A stretch of DNA of 6,132 bases, from positions 1 to 6,132 of IMG/VR virus record IMGVR_UViG_3300020030_000012; one strand, given 5' to 3'. Shown here piece after piece: positions 1 through 4,945 of the stretch (its first letter is position 1; each line of letters opens with the position of its first letter). Below the pieces are notes generated by a model that saw nothing but the letters and a program-made list of their open reading frames with translations, was not told the DNA's origin and did not search any database. This DNA is from a virus. Position numbers and translations under genes: made by a program.

Positions 1-112
1 CTTGATCTCGCTAACGAGCTTTCGCGTAATTGGGATAAGCGTTTTGACGTTGAAATTCCGAATCCTCAGTACGAAAAGAATCTTCGTAGCTCCAACCCTA
101 TCACTCGTGGTA
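1..112. repeat. Terminal direct repeat, copy 1. It is identical to 6021..6132 and marks the overlap of a circular genome (unit length 6,020 nt).
   Basis: Block-by-block comparison shows 1-112 (cttgatctcgctaacgagc...tcactcgtggta) is identical to 6021-6132. The repeat lies inside one continuous reading frame, so it is most likely an assembly or linearisation overlap and not a biological terminal repeat. Confidence 0.97.
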
Positions 113-483
113 ATCCTGGCTTGAAGACGTTTAAAGTTTCTATGTCTCTTAAGGATTTTTACGATAAGACCGCCATCAACCAGGCTAATGCTTCTGAATT
201 TCTTCCTGAAGAGGCCCGTGTCGCTCTTCGAAATGCTAAGCTTGATCCTTATATTGAGATCGGTAGGGCGCTTGTTGGTGTTGCTGGTAGTGTTGCTGGT
301 GCTGGTATTATCCGTGGTGGAATGACTCGTGCCGCCAAAGGCTTCGCCCAAACTTCTACTGGCGGCTCTTCATCTTCGTCTCGTACCACTATGTATGATG
401 GCAAAGGTAACGTTAGAGGTTATGTATTGAAAGAGATGTCCGGTGAGTCTCATGGTGCTTCTTCTCGTCGCAACCGATATTAA
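1..483 (+). CDS. VP2: DNA pilot / minor capsid protein (VP2, phiX174 H-like), C-terminal part. It continues from 5139..6132 across the circular junction. Bases 1-112 duplicate 6021-6132, so the new sequence is 113..483.
   Basis: Position 1 equals 6021, which is in frame with ATG 5139 (6021-5139=882, divisible by 3). The frame is open from base 1 to TAA 481-483. The listed ORF 121..483 (TTG start) is this same frame. The C-terminus has a glycine-zipper hydrophobic segment (IEIGRALVGVAGSVAGAGIIRGG), then a Ser run and a basic tail. Its position after VP1 and its composition fit microvirus VP2/H proteins. Confidence 0.8.
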   Translation, partial: LDLANELSRNWDKRFDVEIPNPQYEKNLRSSNPITRGNPGLKTFKVSMSLKDFYDKTAINQANASEFLPEEARVALRNAKLDPYIEIGRALVGVAGSVAGAGIIRGGMTRAAKGFAQTSTGGSSSSSRTTMYDGKGNVRGYVLKEMSGESHGASSRRNRY

Positions 484-529
484 ACAGTTTTATTCTGATT
501 TTGAACTTCCTTCTTATTCTTTTTTGTTG

Positions 530-537
530 TATATTTG
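530..537 (+). promoter_or_regulatory. Candidate Bacteroidota-type -7 promoter element (TAnnTTTG) upstream of ORF 564..884
   Basis: TATATTTG at 530-537 is an exact match to TAnnTTTG. It lies in the T-rich 80-nt gap between the VP2 stop (483) and ATG 564. No correctly spaced -33 TTTG is present: the nearest copies are at 500-503 (26-nt spacing) and 523-526 (too close). About 1-2 chance hits are expected per 6 kb, and a second exact hit (5678-5685) lies inside the VP2 coding sequence. Confidence 0.25.
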
Positions 538-563
538 CATCGTAAACCAATAATCACACTACC

Positions 564-884
564 ATGAAAAAGTCTAGTAAAAGCGTTAGGACCAGTGAGC
601 TGCTGATCGACGTTGTAGAGTACACATTCACCGAGTGGCTCGTCCGCCGAGGAATATTTGCTGCCTTTGAGGCGAATTACGAGCGTGCTTTTGCGCCTTA
701 TAAAAGTTTTCGTGATCGCCTGCGCTCTCACATTCGACACTCTCTTCACGACTTTGGCTTTGGCCCGAGCAATCTTATTACCTCTGCGTTCCTGTTTTCT
801 GCGGCACCCGAAGGTATTAAGTTCTGGCGTAAGCAGTCTGCTGACTGGGAGCGTTTTTGCAAAGAATTTCAAGCAAAACTTTAA
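564..884 (+). CDS. Hypothetical protein, 106 aa, moderately basic (about +6 net charge)
   Basis: ATG start with an open frame to TAA 882-884. It is on the same strand as the core genes, and the next ORF starts 11 nt later. A C-terminal motif SAFLFSAAPEGIKFWRKQSADW looks like a conserved small-protein motif, but I cannot name a family. Third-position T is about 37% by hand count, which is coding-like but weaker than in the core genes. Confidence 0.65.
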   Translation: MKKSSKSVRTSELLIDVVEYTFTEWLVRRGIFAAFEANYERAFAPYKSFRDRLRSHIRHSLHDFGFGPSNLITSAFLFSAAPEGIKFWRKQSADWERFCKEFQAKL

Positions 885-895
885 ATCACATTATT

Positions 896-1219
896 ATGAC
901 ACAGATTCATGTTGTTATCCGGCGAATTAGTCCGGCCCTCAAGGTTGACCTCGCCCAGATAGGTCGCCTTAAGGACGGCCAGTTTGATCCGCTGCCCCTC
1001 GGCGCTGTTGCGAACACTCCTATTGCGCGTTTCTTTGAGAAATCGGATATCAGCGATTCGCTTTACGTTCACCACCCGAAAATAGCTGACCTTATTGCGG
1101 CCTGTGGAGATTTTTCTGACTTCAGTGTCGAGTTCTTTGACAATACAATAGTTCTCATGTTTGATTTTGATCTTAACTACGATGAAGGCGCGACGGAGAA
1201 AGAAGGGAAAGGGAACTAA
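896..1219 (+). CDS. Hypothetical protein, 107 aa, acidic (about -7 net charge)
   Basis: ATG 896 is the first ATG in the frame that the track lists from TTG 857. It lies 11 nt after the preceding stop, whereas the TTG start would overlap the upstream gene by 28 nt. The frame is open to TAA 1217-1219. No motif is recognisable. Confidence 0.6.
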   Translation: MTQIHVVIRRISPALKVDLAQIGRLKDGQFDPLPLGAVANTPIARFFEKSDISDSLYVHHPKIADLIAACGDFSDFSVEFFDNTIVLMFDFDLNYDEGATEKEGKGN

Positions 1220-1262
1220 GATTGTGACCCGCCCGCTTGGTGGAAGAGTCCTCTAATACGGT

Positions 1263-1293
1263 GAACCTGTGGGAGACTCTCTCCTGCAGGTTC
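1263..1293 (+). other. Stable stem-loop (14-bp stem, 3-nt loop) immediately downstream of ORF 896..1219. It may be a terminator or an ssDNA structural element.
   Basis: gaacctgtgggaga-ctc-tctcctgcaggttc. Bases 1263-1276 pair with 1280-1293: 12 Watson-Crick pairs plus two G-T/G-U pairs (1270-1286 and 1271-1285). The T-rich tract (tatatattttt) begins about 13 nt after the stem, so this is not a textbook intrinsic terminator. Confidence 0.55.
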
Positions 1294-1313
1294 CCTCGTT
1301 ATTATATATTTTT

Positions 1314-1409
1314 CGAGCCGTTAAAAGCGCGGCGAGTAATTGTTTCCGGAGCCGATGATATCGCGGACGCGAGATCGAGGCCCGAAACAGCGCAGCCCGC
1401 TTAGGCTCG
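1314..1409 (+). other. Roughly 96-nt rod-like imperfect hairpin in the main non-coding region. It is a candidate complementary-strand origin, a protein recognition structure or a structured RNA.
   Basis: Hand-folded helices are as follows. 1314-1319 pairs with 1404-1409 (cgagcc/ggctcg). 1325-1333 pairs with 1395-1402 (8 bp, C1330 bulged). 1342-1346 pairs with 1384-1388 (gtttc/gaaac). 1348-1349 pairs with 1382-1383, and 1351-1353 pairs with 1379-1381. The apical hairpin is 1357-1364/1369-1376 (7 of 8 pairs, loop ggac). That gives about 31 pairs in total. The region is GC/CpG-rich, unlike the T-rich remainder of the genome. Confidence 0.45.
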
Positions 1410-1438
1410 TGTTGTATAGGTTAATATTCTTTTTAATC

Positions 1439-1639
1439 ATGGATTATTTCGATTTTAGACCTAAGTTTTCACCTATTATTGGTAGTTCGTCCTTCCGTTT
1501 TTCCATTGGCGCATATCGTGGCAGAAGGCGTGTCGTTATTGCTTGGTTTCTCGACCACGTCTCCGCAAAGGACTATCTCGCCCGCTGTTGTCGTGATCAT
1601 CCTCGGGTTAAATTTGACTGTCTTCAAAGTTTGATGTAA
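1439..1639 (+). CDS. Hypothetical small protein, 66 aa, translationally coupled to VP4
   Basis: The stop TAA 1637-1639 overlaps the VP4 ATG 1639-1641 (TAATG). From ATG 1439, third-position T is about 50% (33/66 by hand), matching the core genes. The upstream in-frame stretch 1355-1438 has only about 4/27 third-position T and coincides with the rod hairpin. I therefore prefer ATG 1439 over TTG 1340 or ATG 1355. Confidence 0.5.
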   Translation: MDYFDFRPKFSPIIGSSSFRFSIGAYRGRRRVVIAWFLDHVSAKDYLARCCRDHPRVKFDCLQSLM

Positions 1640-2709
1640 TGCCTTGCTCGTCACCTTTATGGATACGCAATCGTCGTTATTTTGACAAGAAGAATCCCTG
1701 TCGTAACGGCTCTGATGTTGCTAAATCCGCATTGGCTCTCCGCCCCTGGGATATCGCCCGTCAGTGGCTTATGGTTCCCTGTGGAAAATGTGAGGATTGC
1801 CTGCGTCGTCAGCGTAACGATTGGTTTGTTAGGCTCGAACGCGAGCTCGCCCGCTGTAAGGCTGAATCTCGCCAGGCTATTTTTATTACAATAACTATAG
1901 CACCTAAATATTACGATGAAGCATTGCGAAATCCTTCTGCGTTTATTAGACGATGGAATGAGCGAGTGCGCCATAAGATCGGCCACTCCTTTAAACACGC
2001 GTTTTTCCAGGAGTTTGGCACCCATCCAGAAACAGGATCAGCGCCGCGTCTTCACTTTCACGGCTTTCTCTTTGGAACCGATTGTTTGTATAACGACATT
2101 CGATCGGCTGTCGGTGATCTTGGCTTTGTTTGGCTTGGAAAAGGCACGCATAAGCGTGCGCGATACGTTGTCAAATACGTTACTAAGCAAATTCAATTTA
2201 ACCCTGCAGAAATATCCAATCAAAATATCGTTATAGATGGAAAAGTTACACCTTTATCTTGCCTCCTCCAACATCGCCGTTATACGCGAAAATTCGTATC
2301 TGCTGGCGTTGGTGATTTTCTTGGTTATATGCCTCGCCCTTCTGCCCGTGTTTCATCGTGGTCTTATTTTGACTTTAAGAAGCGTATCGATTATAACTAC
2401 TCGATTCCTCGGTATTATCTTAGATATCTTAAACCGGAAGACGACGTTGTTCGCTCGATTACCTCTGCTGATTCTTATTCACGTTTCAGCAAGTCTCCTC
2501 TGGTTAAGCGTATCGTGTCTTTGTGTGTTGAGCGGTTCAACCTCAATTCCTCCGTATCCCGTAGAGCGTCGTATATGTGGGAACAAAAGCAAATAATGCG
2601 CTTCTCTGCCTCCTCTCGTAGGATGCCTGATTTCGATCCCCCGACGTGGCTAGATTTTGATATTCTTCGATTTTGGAGAGACCATTATAAACTTCAACTA
2701 AACATTTAA
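1639..2709 (+). CDS. VP4: Rolling-circle replication initiation protein (Microviridae VP4 / phiX174 gene A-like HUH endonuclease), 356 aa
   Basis: The N-terminus is MPCSSPLWI, followed by VPCGKCEDCLRRQRNDW. Motif 1 is FITITI (nt 1882-1899). The HUH motif is RLHFHGFLF (H139-F-H141, nt 2053-2061). The catalytic double-Tyr motif is ARYVVKYVTK (Y176 at nt 2164-2166, Y180 at nt 2176-2178). The order and spacing of these motifs are typical of microvirus Rep proteins. Confidence 0.95.
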   Translation: MPCSSPLWIRNRRYFDKKNPCRNGSDVAKSALALRPWDIARQWLMVPCGKCEDCLRRQRNDWFVRLERELARCKAESRQAIFITITIAPKYYDEALRNPSAFIRRWNERVRHKIGHSFKHAFFQEFGTHPETGSAPRLHFHGFLFGTDCLYNDIRSAVGDLGFVWLGKGTHKRARYVVKYVTKQIQFNPAEISNQNIVIDGKVTPLSCLLQHRRYTRKFVSAGVGDFLGYMPRPSARVSSWSYFDFKKRIDYNYSIPRYYLRYLKPEDDVVRSITSADSYSRFSKSPLVKRIVSLCVERFNLNSSVSRRASYMWEQKQIMRFSASSRRMPDFDPPTWLDFDILRFWRDHYKLQLNI

Positions 2710-2712
2710 TTT

Positions 2713-4503
2713 ATGGGAAAACAACCTTTTATCTCACACGCCGTAAATGGCTACTCTCGGTACGATGTCCCTGAGAGCAAGGCTTTTACGTGCACACCGG
2801 GTATTCTATATCCGGTGCGGGTCGATTTTATTAACGCCCGGGATCGTGTGTCCATTGAGCAAGGGATTGATGTTCGTAGCAACCCGCTCGCTGTTCCAAC
2901 ATTTAACCCCTATACTGTTCGGCTTCACCGTTTTTGGGTGCCGCTTCAGTTGTATCACCCTGAGATGAGGACGAATAGCAGCAAATTCGATATGAATGAT
3001 CTGAGTCTGAATTTTGTTGCTGCCTCGTCGACCGGGTCTTATCCGTACACCACTAACAATTATCCTTACTCTAATTCATTGCTCCGCTGGTTGCGTATCA
3101 TTCCGGCTTCTATCCCTACGCCGACTTCTAGTAATGTTCCTATGTCGCCCAATCTTTCGGCCGCTCAATTGGAATACCCCCTAGGTTGGTGCACCGCCGA
3201 TTCGTATCTCGCTTATTGGGATATCGTCCGCAATTACTACGGCTACTCCCAGTGGGGCCTCTACTCTTTCGCCTGGCCGAGTAGTTGGTATCTCATTCCC
3301 AATAGCACTGGTACCGCTTATAATGTTCTTCAGTTTCGCGAAAAACAGTCGTTTTTCTCGCAAAGATTCGGAAATCTCGAATTTTTAGATGCTTACTTCG
3401 AGAGTCAATTCTATCCTTCGGCTGTGACATCGTCAAACAATACGTATAATAGAGGAAATCTTTTTTCTCAGATATTACTCTCCGACCTTGGCGCTACGAT
3501 TACTGCATCAAAGAATGGCTACCCCGTTTCTACCATTTACCCTGGAAGCACTTCGCTGACCACCGCAGGTCCCGCGAATCAGTTTGCTTCCGGCGAAAGT
3601 ACTACGACCGTTACTACGCTTGGAGCATTTCTCGTCTCCCATCCGATGGCTGTTGTACCTTCAAATCCCGATCGTTACAGTCGATTACTCCCTGTCGGCA
3701 GCTCCGAGGGTGTTTCTATGTCTGGCGTCTCGACCATACCGCAACTGGCTATTGCTTCGCGCCTTCAGGAATATAAAGATTTGCTTGGCGCTGGAGGTTC
3801 ACGTTATAGCGACTGGTTGGAAACCTTTTTTGCGTCTAAGATCGAGCATGTTGATAGACCTAAGTTGCTTTTTAGCGCTTCACAGACGGTCAACGTTCAG
3901 ATTGTAATGAATCAGGCCGGACAAAACAATTTCTCTGGCCCAAGCGTTAATGGTCCTCTCGGTCAGCAAGGTGGCGCTATTGCCTTCAACGAGCGTCTCG
4001 GCCGTCGCCAATCTTATTATTTTCGCGAGCCTGGCTATATGATCGATATGTTGAGTATTCGTCCTGTCTACTATTGGGCAGGTGTCTACCCTGATTATCT
4101 CCATTACACCGGAGCCGACTACTTTAATCCAATCTATAATGATATTGGATATCAAGATGTTCCTGGATTCCAATTTGGTTTCGGAACTACGTCTTCTACG
4201 GAAACTGTGGCTTACGAGCCTTGCTTCAACGAATTTCGATCTTCTTACGATGAGGTTCTCGGCCAGCTGTCTCGATTCCAGGGTGCTTCCGATGCTCTAC
4301 CCATCTATTCCTTTTGGGTTCAACAGCGCGTTTTGTCGGCGAGCTACAATCAGTATTACTCCCTTCTGTTTGTAGATATCGATCAGGTAAACTCGCCGTT
4401 TGCTTCCAATAAGGAAGATAATTTCTTTATCAACCTCTCGTACTCTGTTCAGAAGAAGAATTTAGTTAATAAAACGTTCGCAACTCGTTTGTCTAATCGC
4501 TAA
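2713..4503 (+). CDS. VP1: Major capsid protein (Microviridae VP1 / phiX174 F-like), 596 aa
   Basis: This is the longest ORF and starts 3 nt after the VP4 stop. Recognisable capsid blocks are FTCTPGILYPVRVDFINARDRVSI...VRLHRFWVPLQLY near the N-terminus, YWDIVRNYYG, TIPQLAIASRLQEYKDLLGAGGSRYSDWLETFF and YFREPGYMIDMLSIRPVYYW. Confidence 0.96.
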   Translation: MGKQPFISHAVNGYSRYDVPESKAFTCTPGILYPVRVDFINARDRVSIEQGIDVRSNPLAVPTFNPYTVRLHRFWVPLQLYHPEMRTNSSKFDMNDLSLNFVAASSTGSYPYTTNNYPYSNSLLRWLRIIPASIPTPTSSNVPMSPNLSAAQLEYPLGWCTADSYLAYWDIVRNYYGYSQWGLYSFAWPSSWYLIPNSTGTAYNVLQFREKQSFFSQRFGNLEFLDAYFESQFYPSAVTSSNNTYNRGNLFSQILLSDLGATITASKNGYPVSTIYPGSTSLTTAGPANQFASGESTTTVTTLGAFLVSHPMAVVPSNPDRYSRLLPVGSSEGVSMSGVSTIPQLAIASRLQEYKDLLGAGGSRYSDWLETFFASKIEHVDRPKLLFSASQTVNVQIVMNQAGQNNFSGPSVNGPLGQQGGAIAFNERLGRRQSYYFREPGYMIDMLSIRPVYYWAGVYPDYLHYTGADYFNPIYNDIGYQDVPGFQFGFGTTSSTETVAYEPCFNEFRSSYDEVLGQLSRFQGASDALPIYSFWVQQRVLSASYNQYYSLLFVDIDQVNSPFASNKEDNFFINLSYSVQKKNLVNKTFATRLSNR

Positions 4504-4515
4504 TGTATTGATTTT

Positions 4516-4812
4516 ATGGCACTTGATTGGTTACTTGAGGATGCTCCCGCCTATGTTTCTCGTGGTCAGCGCATTCTTTCTGTTCTTAACGGCTCTGGTT
4601 CCGTCGATGTCCTTCCTGGTCGTCCAGACGTGATAGCCGAATCCTCCGATTTTGAGAAGGGAGAGAGGTTTAACCCTGATATCGATTTCGACCCCAACTC
4701 CTTTTCTCGCATGGATAAGTTCGATGGTCTCGAGGTTGGACAGGAACTTATTGATTCTCAGCTCGATAAGTCCAAACTTGCTTCGAAACCCTCCAATTCT
4801 GAAGAAAAATAG
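4516..4812 (+). CDS. Hypothetical acidic protein, 98 aa (20 D/E against 11 K/R). It is a possible scaffolding-type protein.
   Basis: ATG 4516 lies 12 nt after the VP1 stop, and the frame is open to TAG 4810-4812. Third-position T bias is strong, as in the core genes. No motif is recognisable. The scaffolding idea rests only on position next to the capsid gene and on charge. Confidence 0.65.
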   Translation: MALDWLLEDAPAYVSRGQRILSVLNGSGSVDVLPGRPDVIAESSDFEKGERFNPDIDFDPNSFSRMDKFDGLEVGQELIDSQLDKSKLASKPSNSEEK

Positions 4813-4842
4813 TATATCCTTTACTTGACGATATATGCTACG

Positions 4843-4920
4843 TGCGCGGACCCCTCTTGGAAGAGTTCGTGAATTTCTAGAGGTTATTGGTAACGACTGC
4901 AGGAGAGGCCGCGCATTTTT
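4843..4920 (+). terminator. Rod-like hairpin with a GC-rich base followed directly by T5. It is a candidate intrinsic terminator or ssDNA structural element after the VP1/ORF98 block.
   Basis: tgcgcgg(a)cccctcttg at 4843-4859 pairs with caggagaggccgcgca at 4900-4915. This gives 7 GC-rich pairs, bulged A4850, then 8 more pairs including one G-U, with one C-A mismatch. An inner helix joins 4864-4870 and 4893-4898 (6 bp, T4866 bulged), and the apical loop is 4871-4892. TTTTT at 4916-4920 follows A4915 immediately. Confidence 0.4.
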
Positions 4921-4945
4921 CTATCGTTCTTTAATTTTTGAATTC

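Noticed and set aside
121-483. Track ORF of 120 aa starting at TTG 121, read as an independent gene
   Set aside because: It is the in-frame C-terminal continuation of VP2 (5139..6132 wraps to position 1 and onward). The frame is already open from base 1, so the TTG start is an artefact of linearisation.
480-872. Minus-strand 130-aa basic ORF antisense to ORF106
   Set aside because: All recognisable genes are on the + strand, and microviruses transcribe one strand only. This ORF fully overlaps a + strand ORF that has better gene context. Nothing beyond its length supports it.
857-895. TTG 857 start for ORF107
   Set aside because: It would overlap ORF106 by 28 nt. ATG 896, 11 nt after the ORF106 stop, is the simpler start.
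1352-1388. Hammerhead-ribozyme-like core (ccGAUGA ... GAAAc)
   Set aside because: The conserved U4 is a C. The bases flanking GAUGA and GAAA cannot form the required adjacent stem II (u1359 faces c1383, and so on). The region is better explained as part of the rod hairpin.
1340-1438. N-terminal extension of the small ORF from TTG 1340 or ATG 1355 (basic peptide ISRTRDRGPKQRSPLRL)
   Set aside because: Third-position T is only about 4/27 here, against about 50% downstream of ATG 1439. The stretch is CpG-rich and coincides with the roughly 96-nt rod hairpin, so it reads as non-coding.
1657-2025. Minus-strand ORFs inside VP4 and VP1 (1657..2025, 2038..2223, 3181..3363, 3880..4173, 881..1075, 1469..1654)
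   Set aside because: They are on the wrong strand for this virus family and are embedded in confidently identified genes. Their lengths (60-122 aa) are expected by chance.
2747-4375. +1-frame ORFs inside VP1 (2747..2968, 3584..3907, 4082..4375) and 658..930 inside ORF106
   Set aside because: All are in the +1 frame of a real gene. Several start with TTG or GTG. Their hydrophobicity and lack of stops follow from T-rich, A-poor third codon positions. There is no independent evidence for them.
4497-4526. dif/XerCD-like sequence (cgcTAATGTATtgattTTATGg) at the VP1/ORF98 junction, as a possible integration site
   Set aside because: The half-site resemblance to CGCATAATGTATATTATG is only partial. 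The central spacer would be about 10 nt where 6 nt is expected. It also overlaps the VP1 stop and the ORF98 start, so the evidence is not sufficient.
4521-4836. phiX174 origin-core-like ACTTGA(T) motifs (4521, 4533, 4823; TTACTTGA occurs twice)
   Set aside because: Hundreds of repeated 8-mers are expected by chance in 6 kb. The match to the phiX 30-nt origin does not extend beyond 6-7 nt, and this Rep is too divergent from phiX A protein to assume the same nick site.
4932-4940. TAATTTTTG as a Bacteroidota -7 promoter element upstream of ATG 4946
   Set aside because: It has one extra T relative to TAnnTTTG. It also ends only 5 nt before the ATG, so a transcript from it would begin at or inside the start codon.
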